Shown here: in pieces, positions 39,496-49,822 of the stretch | Position numbering within the stretch: the first letter of the stretch is position 1 | Layout: the number at the start of each line of letters is the position of its first letter | Virus record (IMG/VR): IMGVR_UViG_3300025000_000053 | Span: 62,001-126,000 of that record | DNA: 64,000 nt | Strand: one strand, 5' to 3' | Translations under genes and position numbers: made by a program | Notes under the pieces: model-generated | Told to the model about the DNA's origin: nothing | The model's database searches: none | What the model saw: the letters and a program-made list of their open reading frames with translations, nothing else

Positions 39496-39999
39496 TTGTT
39501 AAATACTAAAATACCCAATAAAGTATTATATAAAGATGCAAATGCTGTTAGTGCTATAAAACAAGTTCCTTATGCAATGTTACCTTCCGGTTTATTATTA
39601 CCTCAAAAACATGATAGAGATGGTATATTACTTACTCAAGTAACCAGTAATAATACAGAGCTGGTATCAGAAACTACAATTACTTGGAATGGAATAAAAT
39701 TATTCGATTCAGTTGAAATACCTGTTACATTAAAAGATGGTATTATGATAAGTATTGACAATAGTGATACTGCATCGGAATTAACTGCTACTTTAGAAGT
39801 TGAGTTTGCAGCTGATGATTGGCGACAATTATATACTGATGCTGGTACTGCTGTTTCATTTACTGTACCTGCCAGTAAAAAATATATTTATGGTCCATTT
39901 GAAAAGTTTCCTCGATATTTAAGTGGTAGAATTGTATTAACTGCCGCTGTTGAACCTACCGACACTAAATTAACTAAAGTACAGGTTCAGGAAGTGTGA
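39496..39999 (+). CDS. Putative structural protein sharing its N-terminus with 31562..32461
   Basis: PYAMLPSGLLLPQKHDRDG; AAGGAG SD, TTG start. Confidence 0.65.
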   Translation: MLNTKIPNKVLYKDANAVSAIKQVPYAMLPSGLLLPQKHDRDGILLTQVTSNNTELVSETTITWNGIKLFDSVEIPVTLKDGIMISIDNSDTASELTATLEVEFAADDWRQLYTDAGTAVSFTVPASKKYIYGPFEKFPRYLSGRIVLTAAVEPTDTKLTKVQVQEV

Positions 40000-40048
40000 T
40001 TTTTAAATAAAAAAATAATGATACTTTTTAAAGTATCATTATTTTATT

Positions 40049-42412
40049 TTATCTTACATCAATAATAACCTCACCCTTACGAACAGATATAAGTTTCCTT
40101 CCTTTAGATAATCTTGGTAATTCAATAACATCCTTTATTTTAATTTCTTCAACAGTATTTTTCAAATATGCTTTAAAAGTTTCATTACCTTTAACAGTTT
40201 TAATCATCATAACATACTCATCATCTTCTAATGAAATAATTCTTAAAGGTTTACTATTTCTATCCATAGTTTTAAATTCTTTTAAAGTACATTTTTTACC
40301 TGTACCTTTATTAGTTAAAGCGAATAAATACTTATCCTTTTCATTTACAATATCCATTCCAATAACTTCTTCATCTTCAGTTAATTCAATTGCTTTAATT
40401 CCAATAGACATTCTAGAAGTTTCTCTAATTTCAGATGAAGATATTCTAACACCAAAACCTTTATTAGTATAAATAACAATATCTTTATCACCAGCTAATA
40501 ATTTAACTGATTTTAATTTATCATTATCTTTAATAATTAATCCAACCAACTCACTTTTAATATTCATATAATATTTAATTAGTGTTTTTTTAATAACACC
40601 ATTCTTTGTAATCATTAAGAAAAATATTGGTGTTTTAATACTAGTTAATGAGTCAGTTGTAGGTTTAGGAAATATTGTATTAATATTTCCATTTATACTA
40701 CAATATTTATTAAGTTTTTCACCATTACTATTAATAATACTATTTTCTAACATATGAACAGGTAATCTTGAAACTTTACCTGTTTGATCAAAAATCAATA
40801 AATCTGTTGTGTTTCGACTTTCTATTATTTCAATAGGATAATCACCTTGAGATATATTTCCTATAGAAGTACTTTTATCAGATAATTTCTTCACATAACC
40901 GTTAAAAGTAAAGACCACTAAATGGTTAGTATCTTGTATTTTAGTTTCACCTTCAATAGAAATAACTCTACTCTTTCTGTCTTCACCAAATAATTTTATT
41001 CCTTCTTCTAATTCACTTTTAATTATTTTATCAATTTTCTTAATTGATTTAACAATTTTTTCATACTTTTCAATTTTCTCATTAATATCTATCATTTCTT
41101 TCTTATATTTCTTATATGATTCTTTAGAAAAAGCATTCATTTTCATCTCAGATATATTTTCAGCCTGTAATGAAGTTATACCAAAGGCTGACATTAATCT
41201 GTTAACTATTTCAGATTTATTTTCAGACTTTTTAATAATTCTTAAAGTCTTCTCACCATTTTCTTCATTTAAGATAAATAGTAGTATTTTCAGTATGTGT
41301 TGTCTTTCTCTTACTTTAGTTATTTTATGATTATAAATTCTTCTTTTAGTATCTCTTCTAAAATCAATCCAAGATAACAATAACATTCTAATATTAAAGT
41401 CTCTATCTTCATAATCATCAATTAGTTTAAAATTAACTGGATAGGTTTTTTCTAAATCAGTTTTTCTATATAAAGTATGAATAATAGAAATTGGGTCAAC
41501 TTCTTTTTTAAGAAATAGCTTTAATTTAATACCATTTTTTTTAGAATAATCATCTTCAATATCTTTTAGTCCAGGTAGTTTACCTTCACGGAACAAAGAA
41601 ATTATTTGATCTTTTAATATATCTTTTAAATGAACTCTTAGTGGAGAAGTTGTAACTGTAATAATATTATTAACTTCATCTAAATCAAAACTTGCTCTCA
41701 TTTTAAATTTACCTTTACCAGTTTCAGATAATTCTTTAAAATTATTTTCATCAACTATAAGAGCACCAGTTGGACTATCCGGTATTAATGTAATATCTTC
41801 ATAATCTGGATCATCCATTAATTTTAAAGTTAACTCGCAAACTTCTCTAAAATTATAAGTTGGTAATGAACAACTAATACCATATCCTATACCAAATGAA
41901 TCATTAATCAATACATTTGGATATTTAGCTGGTAAATATTCTGGTTCTAATAAATCACCAGAATAATTAGGTTTCATATCTACAATATTTTTATTAAATT
42001 CTTCAAAGAAACATTTGTAAGAATAAAAACTTAAACGAGCTTCAATATAACGCTGAGCTGCTGCTGAGTCACCTATAGGATTCCCAAAGTTCCCACTACC
42101 TTCAATAAAACATTGAATATTATTCCAAGGTTGAGCAAGTTTTACTAATGTATCATAAACTGGTTTATCACCATGAGGGTGATATGCTAAAACCTGACCT
42201 ACAATTGTAGATACTTTTTTAAATCTATCGTTGTAAGAACACCCCAACTCATATAATGTATATAATATTCTTCTTTCACCTATCTTTAAACCATCTTCAG
42301 CAAATGGAATATGTCTCATAAGATTTGTATTAGCACCATAAATTTGCATATATTGTGTACATATATCACCAATATTCTCTATTTTAACATTTTTATCAAA
42401 CAAATAATTCAT
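40049..42412 (-). CDS. gyrA: DNA gyrase / type IIA topoisomerase subunit A
   Basis: DGLKIGERRIL, YHPHGD, GNFG, AAAQRY active-site Tyr, C-terminal beta-pinwheel repeats. Confidence 0.95.
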   Translation of the reverse strand: MNYLFDKNVKIENIGDICTQYMQIYGANTNLMRHIPFAEDGLKIGERRILYTLYELGCSYNDRFKKVSTIVGQVLAYHPHGDKPVYDTLVKLAQPWNNIQCFIEGSGNFGNPIGDSAAAQRYIEARLSFYSYKCFFEEFNKNIVDMKPNYSGDLLEPEYLPAKYPNVLINDSFGIGYGISCSLPTYNFREVCELTLKLMDDPDYEDITLIPDSPTGALIVDENNFKELSETGKGKFKMRASFDLDEVNNIITVTTSPLRVHLKDILKDQIISLFREGKLPGLKDIEDDYSKKNGIKLKLFLKKEVDPISIIHTLYRKTDLEKTYPVNFKLIDDYEDRDFNIRMLLLSWIDFRRDTKRRIYNHKITKVRERQHILKILLFILNEENGEKTLRIIKKSENKSEIVNRLMSAFGITSLQAENISEMKMNAFSKESYKKYKKEMIDINEKIEKYEKIVKSIKKIDKIIKSELEEGIKLFGEDRKSRVISIEGETKIQDTNHLVVFTFNGYVKKLSDKSTSIGNISQGDYPIEIIESRNTTDLLIFDQTGKVSRLPVHMLENSIINSNGEKLNKYCSINGNINTIFPKPTTDSLTSIKTPIFFLMITKNGVIKKTLIKYYMNIKSELVGLIIKDNDKLKSVKLLAGDKDIVIYTNKGFGVRISSSEIRETSRMSIGIKAIELTEDEEVIGMDIVNEKDKYLFALTNKGTGKKCTLKEFKTMDRNSKPLRIISLEDDEYVMMIKTVKGNETFKAYLKNTVEEIKIKDVIELPRLSKGRKLISVRKGEVIIDVR

Positions 42413-42499
42413 CCCCCTATATTTTGTATTATAGATTAATAATATATAAATAAAAAAATAATAAGGGTTTAAATTTAAACCCTTATAATAATTTACTTT

Positions 42500-43120
42500 T
42501 TAAAAATAACCCACTTTTATTTTTACAACTTTTCCCATGATATAATTAAAATATTTAAAAGCAAAATTATCAGCATATAATTCACTAGAATCGAACAACC
42601 TAATTAATTCGTTAATTTCATCATCTTCCATATTATCAAAGTTAAATAAAAGATCAAGTGATTGTATGTTTTGCCTATCTAGTGCTAATTTATTACTCAA
42701 AGTTTTATTATAACTAAAAATTTTATTTAATTGATCAACATGTCCGTATTCATGTAATAAACAAACAAGAAAATGGGTCTCCTTGTTTAATTCAAATCCA
42801 TTATATTTTAAAAAATCACCAAAACGTTGTTTAACTACTTTATAAATGTCAGGGTTCTTTTCAATGAAATACATAGTATCTTCTTTAATATGTATCTCAG
42901 CAATGAATTTTTTTGTTTGTTCATTATTTTTTAAACTATATAGAACAAAAGCAGGTTGTTGATTGTATGGGTCACTATTATAATAACTGTCATCCATATC
43001 CTGTTCTTTTTTCACTAATTGTATTTTAACTTTACCATTTTTAAAACGAAATTGATTTTTTACAATATAAATACAATCTTCATAAAATGACATTATATTA
43101 CCTCCTATTAATTTATTCAC
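42500..43120 (-). CDS. HExxH Zn-metallopeptidase-like protein
   Basis: LLHEYGH...ELYADNFA. Confidence 0.65.
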   Translation of the reverse strand: MNKLIGGNIMSFYEDCIYIVKNQFRFKNGKVKIQLVKKEQDMDDSYYNSDPYNQQPAFVLYSLKNNEQTKKFIAEIHIKEDTMYFIEKNPDIYKVVKQRFGDFLKYNGFELNKETHFLVCLLHEYGHVDQLNKIFSYNKTLSNKLALDRQNIQSLDLLFNFDNMEDDEINELIRLFDSSELYADNFAFKYFNYIMGKVVKIKVGYF

Positions 43121-43128
43121 ATTAATAA

Positions 43129-43740
43129 TTATATAAAGTGTTTAACTTTATTCCATATTAACATAAAGTTTTCCATTGCATATTTAATACAATAAAGTTT
43201 ACTTGGATGAGAAAAACTATTTATTATCTCACTTTCTTCCTCATCGTATACATTATCAAAATCAAATAAAAGATTTAACATTATATAATAAGACTCAGTA
43301 ATATCCATGACCCTGTTAAAAGATTTACCGAAGTAATTAAATTTATCTAAATATTCATTATATCCATATTCACTCAATAGCTTTATAATGAAATAGGTCT
43401 CTTCTGTTAATTCTATTCCCATAGAATTTAAAAATTTACCATAAGTTTTAACTATATTTTTATAATATTCTTTATAATTACTTTTTCTTAAAAATTCTAA
43501 TCCATTTAATCTAATAAATATTTCATTTTTAAAAGAATAAGAATTATCACCACTATCAATTGTGGTAGTATTAGCTAAAGTAAATGCAATTGGTGGATAA
43601 GGGAAACTATTACAAACTTTTGAAAACACTTCTTTAATTAATTCCTCTTCTGATATTAATCTTACTGATGAAATTTTACCAAACTTGAAATTATTTAATT
43701 CATCATTTACAACTTTAATACATTCTTCATAAAATGTCAT
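43129..43740 (-). CDS. Catalytically degenerate paralogue of 42500..43120
   Basis: MTFYEECI versus MSFYEDCI; LLSEYGY in place of LLHEYGH; LLFDFDN shared. Confidence 0.7.
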   Translation of the reverse strand: MTFYEECIKVVNDELNNFKFGKISSVRLISEEELIKEVFSKVCNSFPYPPIAFTLANTTTIDSGDNSYSFKNEIFIRLNGLEFLRKSNYKEYYKNIVKTYGKFLNSMGIELTEETYFIIKLLSEYGYNEYLDKFNYFGKSFNRVMDITESYYIMLNLLFDFDNVYDEEESEIINSFSHPSKLYCIKYAMENFMLIWNKVKHFI

Positions 43741-43791
43741 TAAAATTACCTCCTATAAATTATATTCACATTAATAATATATATTTGAAAA

Positions 43792-44265
43792 TTATTCCCA
43801 TATTAATCTTTGTTGAAATTGAAATTCAGAACGAACTTTCACTAATATTAATCCTAACTTATTCTTTCCTACAATATTTTTACATTTATCACAATAACAA
43901 TCACCCCAGTAATTATCATGCCAATAATTACCTTCAATTAATTTTTCATTACCAGTAAGAGTTAACTTTCTTCTTAAATTTAAATTACGAGTAAATTTAA
44001 ATTACGAGTAAATTTATCTCTTATTATTTCCTCCATTATATCATCTTTAACTTCATCCCAGTCTTTTCTGGGATGAAGTTCTTCACCTTTTCTCTAGCTT
44101 CTTTAGGAGTTAAACTACAAAATTTTTTCTTATTTTATCATTAAGAGTTTTAGCAGATTAATATGCTGCTTCAGAACTATCGAATTCTAATCCACCATAA
44201 TACACAATACAAATATAAAAATTTCTTAGAAAATAAGATTTACCATTAAATATTTCGATGACCAT
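43792..44265 (-). pseudogene. ybiA: NADAR (YbiA-like) pseudogene
   Basis: Reconstructs MVIEIFNGKSYFLRNFY...SEAAY*SAKT...RKDWDEVKDDIM...KFTRN...LIEGNYWHDNYWG...GKNKLGLIL; contains a nonsense codon, two A-run deletions and a 17-nt duplication. Confidence 0.85.
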
Positions 44266-46637
44266 TAGTTATCCAAATCCTCTCTGTCTATCTTGAAGTT
44301 TTTCATAAGTTGTTTTCTTTCATTAATAGCATCAGTTCCTTCACCATGAATAATTCTAAATTTTTCAACTTCTTTTTCAACATCTTTCATTGTTAATTGT
44401 ATTAATATTCTTTTATTTGGGTCCATTGTTGTTTCCCATAAATCATCAGATTTTAATTCACCTAATCCTTTAAATCTAGTTTTTATCTTAGGTTTATATT
44501 TCTGACATAATATGAAAAATTCAGCTAAAGACATAACTTTTCTATAATCATTTTCAACAATAACTTCATAATACATTTTTTTATTATTAACTTTGTCAAT
44601 AAATGATTTTAAACTACCTATTCTCTTTCTAAATAAGTCATCTAAAATTATTATTTGGAACTTACCTTCAACAATTCCAGATATTACATTGTCTTCTTTA
44701 CTCATTTCTGGAAAAATTATTTTTAAATCATTTAAAACCTTTTCATCGTCAATATGAATAATAATAAATTCCATTAAAATAGGATGTATATTAAAATGAT
44801 TAGCAACTCTATATAACTCATCTAAATACATTCTATTCTTTAATAAAAATTCTTTCATTTCATCATTAGTTAATATTCTCTCACTATCTTTAATTTTAAT
44901 CTTATCTCTAATTCTACGTTCAAATACCTCAATATATTCTTTTTTATCTAGTATAAAAGGTTTTTGTTTATCGTGTATTTCATATAGTGGTGAGATAGCT
45001 TTATACAATAAACCCTGTTTAATTATTTCAGGTAAATGTATTAGAAAAAATACACATACTAAAGAAACGATACGATAACCATCAACATCAGAATCAGCCA
45101 TTATAATTATTTTTTTATAATGTAATTTTTTAATATCAAATCTACTACCAATATTACATTTTAATCTTTTAACTAATTCTTGAAATTCTATATTTAATAA
45201 TACTTTATCTAGTTCTAAATTAAAACTATTTAATGGTACACCAAATATTGAAAATAGAGCTTGAGTATTAGTATCCCTTCCTTGTCTAGCTGTACCTAAA
45301 GCTGAGTCACCTTCAATAATAAATAGTTCTCTATATTTATCACCTTTATTATTAGCTTTAACAAAGTTCTTTAAAGCATGATCTGAAAAAGCCTCACTAT
45401 CACCTTTAATAACAGCATTGCGAACTTTATTAGCTTGAGTTCTAGCTCTAGCTATAAGTTTAATAAAATCAGTAATTTTCTTTAATTCTTTTGGATTATT
45501 TTTAAAATATTCAACTAATGCTTTATATGTCATATCTCTTAACGGTTTAAAGAAAGAATTATTAGTTACCTTTTCTTTTACTTGTCCAGAAAACTCTAAC
45601 CGCATATCAGTACTTAAAAATAAAGTAAGAACTAAATTAGATGTAATATCATTATATACAATGTCAATATTTTTTAAATCTCTTTGACTTAAACTTTCTC
45701 TTGTCTGTTTACTTAAATATTGAATAATACCTTGTTTAACAGCATCAACATGAACACCGTTTTCAATTGTATTAACAAAATTACAAAATGAATCAACTAA
45801 CATTTCACTATTAGTATTTTTAGAATCAAATGTAAATGCTGCTTCTAAACCAATAAATCTATCATACTCTTTTCCTTTATCCAATTCTTTTATTTTTAAT
45901 GATTGGAAAAAATGAATTGGATCAACTAATGGTTCTTTACATAGTTTTTTCATATAGTCATATAAACCATTTTTATTTCTATATTTCTTTTGTATAGTAG
46001 ACTCTTTACCTTTTTTTATAACACTAACATTGATCTTTATATCAGGTGTAACTAAATATATTATCTTTTCAATCCAATTCAATAAATCTTCAGTTATTAT
46101 ATTACATTCTTCCCCCATAAAAAATGGTGAAGGTTTAAAAAAGATACATGTACCATGTTTATCTTTATTTGATATTTTTGTTATTTTTTCTTCTATTTTT
46201 TTACCACTATTAAATTTTATAATAAATTTTTCACCATATCTAGTTGAACTGATTTCAAATAATTCCGACAATGAATTAACACAAGACAATCCAACACCAT
46301 TTTCTCCCGCACTTTGTTTAGATTGTTCTCTAGTAAATTTACTACCAGATTGTAATGTGGTACATACTAATTCCAATTTATCAAATGAAATACCTCTACC
46401 ATTATCTAAAATTTTAATTGTATTCTCAACTTCATCTAAATAAATATCAATTTCATTTCCTGGTGAATTAGTATTAATACATTCATCTATAGAGTTATTA
46501 ATAACTTCTTTTGTTAAATGGAGGGAACCCTTTTGACCTAAATAACCTATATAAACATTTGGTTTACATTGAATTTTCTCAATATCACTTTCTTTATGGT
46601 CAATAATATCATCAATAAATTTAGACATATACTCCAC
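44265..46637 (-). CDS. gyrB: DNA gyrase / type IIA topoisomerase subunit B
   Basis: EVINNSIDE, DNGRG, GENGVG, IIEGDSA, MADSDVDG, FKGLGE. Confidence 0.95.
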   Translation of the reverse strand: MEYMSKFIDDIIDHKESDIEKIQCKPNVYIGYLGQKGSLHLTKEVINNSIDECINTNSPGNEIDIYLDEVENTIKILDNGRGISFDKLELVCTTLQSGSKFTREQSKQSAGENGVGLSCVNSLSELFEISSTRYGEKFIIKFNSGKKIEEKITKISNKDKHGTCIFFKPSPFFMGEECNIITEDLLNWIEKIIYLVTPDIKINVSVIKKGKESTIQKKYRNKNGLYDYMKKLCKEPLVDPIHFFQSLKIKELDKGKEYDRFIGLEAAFTFDSKNTNSEMLVDSFCNFVNTIENGVHVDAVKQGIIQYLSKQTRESLSQRDLKNIDIVYNDITSNLVLTLFLSTDMRLEFSGQVKEKVTNNSFFKPLRDMTYKALVEYFKNNPKELKKITDFIKLIARARTQANKVRNAVIKGDSEAFSDHALKNFVKANNKGDKYRELFIIEGDSALGTARQGRDTNTQALFSIFGVPLNSFNLELDKVLLNIEFQELVKRLKCNIGSRFDIKKLHYKKIIIMADSDVDGYRIVSLVCVFFLIHLPEIIKQGLLYKAISPLYEIHDKQKPFILDKKEYIEVFERRIRDKIKIKDSERILTNDEMKEFLLKNRMYLDELYRVANHFNIHPILMEFIIIHIDDEKVLNDLKIIFPEMSKEDNVISGIVEGKFQIIILDDLFRKRIGSLKSFIDKVNNKKMYYEVIVENDYRKVMSLAEFFILCQKYKPKIKTRFKGLGELKSDDLWETTMDPNKRILIQLTMKDVEKEVEKFRIIHGEGTDAINERKQLMKNFKIDREDLDN

Positions 46638-46708
46638 CCCTTATTCTTATATATGTAAATGTTCTCGTATTAATAAAAAAGCAATATATTATAGAAAGAG
46701 CGACATAT

Positions 46709-46749
46709 AAAAAAATAGATGTGATAATAAAATATCACATCTATTTTTT
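46709..46749 (-). terminator. Intrinsic terminator
   Basis: AAAAAATAGATGTGATA...TATCACATCTATTTTTT. Confidence 0.65.
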
Positions 46750-46754
46750 TATAT

Positions 46755-47234
46755 TTATTTCTTTTTACCACCAATAAAAGAAATTGAACCAACACCATAA
46801 GAACCAATATCATCCTTATCATTTTTCTTCTTATTTCTTTTACCATAGATATCAGCATATCTTTCATACAGTTCTTTTGCTTCATTCAGATTATAATCTA
46901 ATTCACCCAGCAACATAATGATTTTATCATCTTTATCACAGTCGGCAAAAGATCTAATTTGCTGAATTGCATTGTGTAATGTATTTATAGCATCTTTTAA
47001 GTCTTCCTTACTGATATGATTCATATTAAAAATTGTTCTACAATACTTACACTGATAATCACCAGCTTTACCTTTTTCATAAGGATAAATTTTTAATTTA
47101 CCTTTTTCATTCTGGTGACAACAATGAATGGCTATTTTCTTTTTCTCTTTATGAAAATCTCTTTCCATTCCTTCGAGTCTTTCAAGTTTCCCAATAATAC
47201 GTTTTCTGTCTTTGTCTTTACTCATTAATTCCAA
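46755..47234 (-). CDS. Zn-finger-containing hypothetical protein
   Basis: HCCHQ...CKYC; GGAGG SD; promoter motif at 47279. Confidence 0.7.
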   Translation of the reverse strand: MELMSKDKDRKRIIGKLERLEGMERDFHKEKKKIAIHCCHQNEKGKLKIYPYEKGKAGDYQCKYCRTIFNMNHISKEDLKDAINTLHNAIQQIRSFADCDKDDKIIMLLGELDYNLNEAKELYERYADIYGKRNKKKNDKDDIGSYGVGSISFIGGKKK

Positions 47235-47399
47235 CCTCCTATTTTCTATAATTTAATTATTTTATTACATCTTGCATAATAATATATAATTAAAAAATCA
47301 ATCAAATTTAAATTTATGTTTATACGGTATTATTTTCTTACACAATTTAAAATATAATAAAGTATAAAATACTAATTTATACTTTATTATATAAAATTA

Positions 47400-47690
47400 T
47401 TAAGCAAATGTATATCTTCTATCAATTCTATTAATATCTTCTGAATCGTTAACTGTTAAAACAGCTTGTATTGTTTCTACGTGCTTATATACAAAATATT
47501 CAATTCCTTTCTGATCCTTCTCCCCCATTTTAATAACTTCGCTTCCATTGCCGAAGTCTATAAAAGCATTTTCAAAAACAAATTCACCTTTTTCATATAA
47601 TTTTTTTGAAATGTTGTCAAATATAAAGCCTAATACTACACTATCTCCACCCGCATTATTAATAATATTTCGAACATCAGTAAGTGTCAT
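47400..47690 (-). CDS. Hypothetical protein
   Basis: 96-aa ORF with AGAGGG SD. Confidence 0.7.
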   Translation of the reverse strand: MTLTDVRNIINNAGGDSVVLGFIFDNISKKLYEKGEFVFENAFIDFGNGSEVIKMGEKDQKGIEYFVYKHVETIQAVLTVNDSEDINRIDRRYTFA

Positions 47691-47833
47691 TTATTTTTCC
47701 CTCTTTTCTTATTATTTTTTCTTCCTTTACCATGAGATAAAGAAAAATATTCTTTTAGTCTTTTAATTTTTTGTTCTTTAGATTCACATATTACATTTTT
47801 ATTATTTAAAATAGGTAATAATAATTTTTCCAT
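47687..47833 (-). CDS. Small basic 48-aa protein missed by the ORF track
   Basis: MEKLLLPILNNK...GRKNNKKRGKNK; TGA overlaps the next ATG (ATGA); AGGAGG upstream. Confidence 0.5.
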   Translation of the reverse strand: MEKLLLPILNNKNVICESKEQKIKRLKEYFSLSHGKGRKNNKKRGKNK

Positions 47834-47863
47834 ATCTTTAAGAGAAATTTTAACAGCCTCCTA

Positions 47864-49063
47864 TTATACAGCTATAATCAATCCACTAATAGCTCTAGTT
47901 ATAGATGTATATAGCCATTTAAAATAATATTCTGAATTACCCATTCTTTCATCATAAACTAATATATTATTATATTGTGAGCCTTGTGATAAATGTGCTG
48001 TTATTGCATGAGCAAATTCAAATTTATTTACATAACTTCTTTTACTTTGTTTTCTTTCTTCATAATTTTTAAATAAATAGTTATGATCAATTGGAATTCT
48101 TCTAAAAAATTCATCTGTTAAAAATTCTGGTCTGAAATCAATACAAACTGATTTTTTACTATATGTATCTAGATGAATATCTTTAACATATCCAACTAAA
48201 CCATTAACAAGTGAAATATTATCTAAAACAGATAATGACCAATTGTTTTGTCTACATATAATTTTATCACCAATAATAGGAAAAGGTTTATTTATTTTAT
48301 TAATACTTTCTCTCACATATTTATTTATATTATCTCTAGTTCTATTCTTACCACAAATAACTATATCATTATCAACTAACATATTGTCGGTAATATCTTC
48401 TTTATTAATAACAAAACATTTATCACCGTATCTACCAACTTTTAATAATTTATGGTTTATTGCTTGTTGACTTAAATGTATGATAGGGTCATTTTCTTTT
48501 TGTCTTCTTATTTTGGTTAAAATAACATCTGGATTATTTAAAAAGTATGGTTTACCAAAAATTGGTGGTAACTGATTTAAATCCCCTAATACTAAAACAG
48601 GTAATCCAAAACTTAAAATGTCAGAACCAATTTTACCATCAACCATTGAACCCTCATCAACAACTAAAAGTTCAATATTATCAGGTAATTTATCCTTTTT
48701 AACAAATGCTGGAGAAGTTAATATTCTTCCATTTTTTCTTATAAAATTATTATTTTCATCTAATCTAGGTATATCAATTAAATCATATATAACACTATGT
48801 ATAGTCTGTGCTTTAATACCTTGTCGCATTAAAGCCATTGTTGCTTTACCTACATACGCCATAAATATAACATTTTCAAAAGGTATGCGTAATTTATTTA
48901 TAATAAAATACACAATAAAAGTTTTCCCTGAACCAGCAGGACCAGATACTTCAAAAACTTGTTTGTTTCTTTTATTTCTCCATAATATAACTTCATTAGC
49001 GGCATGATTTTGTTGACCCTCTAATATAATACCCATATATTTATTACTTATCACCTCTTCCAT
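47864..49063 (-). CDS. Dda/RecD-like superfamily 1B helicase
   Basis: SGPAGSGKT, VDEGSMV, GDLNQLPP, AITAHLSQGSQY, YTSITRA. Confidence 0.9.
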   Translation of the reverse strand: MEEVISNKYMGIILEGQQNHAANEVILWRNKRNKQVFEVSGPAGSGKTFIVYFIINKLRIPFENVIFMAYVGKATMALMRQGIKAQTIHSVIYDLIDIPRLDENNNFIRKNGRILTSPAFVKKDKLPDNIELLVVDEGSMVDGKIGSDILSFGLPVLVLGDLNQLPPIFGKPYFLNNPDVILTKIRRQKENDPIIHLSQQAINHKLLKVGRYGDKCFVINKEDITDNMLVDNDIVICGKNRTRDNINKYVRESINKINKPFPIIGDKIICRQNNWSLSVLDNISLVNGLVGYVKDIHLDTYSKKSVCIDFRPEFLTDEFFRRIPIDHNYLFKNYEERKQSKRSYVNKFEFAHAITAHLSQGSQYNNILVYDERMGNSEYYFKWLYTSITRAISGLIIAV

Positions 49064-49156
49064 TAAAGTAAGGAAGTTAAATTCATAACCTTTTATATGA
49101 TTGTGTATTAATTATTAAAATTCAATTACAAATATATAAATAGATTTTATAAAAGA

Positions 49157-49822
49157 TTGGAGGTAAGTTCTAATATGATTAAAAGTTTAGAGAATCTTGG
49201 AGTTAAAGCTGATGAATATTGTTTTTTATTAGAAGAATCTGATCAATATAATAAATCTTTCAAAGTTAATATACCTAAATTCATGCCAATGTTTTCAATA
49301 GATGAAATTCCTAAAAGTAATAATATAGTTTTTGATACTAATATTTTTTCTAATGATGATTCGTGTAAACCTATTGTAAATAAATCAATATTAACACAGA
49401 ACTATGTATCTTTAGAAAGATTTAGAAATACTAATTTTAGATTTCATCCTTCTAATATACATAAAAAAACTAGATTCATTTGTAAAATAGTTGACGGTAA
49501 TTTAAGAAATATGGGTATTACTGATGATGAATTAAATTTAGATCAAGTAGATAGTAATAGTAAGATTTTTATTAGAAACCCTTTACATGAAATAATAGAT
49601 AGAATAAAAGTAGGTGATGAAGTTAAATTTGCAGATGGTGTGGGTGGAGCTGATAATTCTTATTCTATTTTAACAGGAAATGTTGCTCAAATAAATGATT
49701 GGGGTGTTATAGTTACATTGCCACCAGTACATGATGTTCCTTATGGTGTGCTATCAAGTCATATTATTGGTGTTTATACAACTACAGGAACATACAAAAA
49801 TAATATAAGAGGTGATTACTAA
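49157..49822 (+). CDS. Putative baseplate-associated virion protein
   Basis: Translationally coupled to a gp53-like gene; plus-strand structural context. Confidence 0.5.
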   Translation: MEVSSNMIKSLENLGVKADEYCFLLEESDQYNKSFKVNIPKFMPMFSIDEIPKSNNIVFDTNIFSNDDSCKPIVNKSILTQNYVSLERFRNTNFRFHPSNIHKKTRFICKIVDGNLRNMGITDDELNLDQVDSNSKIFIRNPLHEIIDRIKVGDEVKFADGVGGADNSYSILTGNVAQINDWGVIVTLPPVHDVPYGVLSSHIIGVYTTTGTYKNNIRGDY

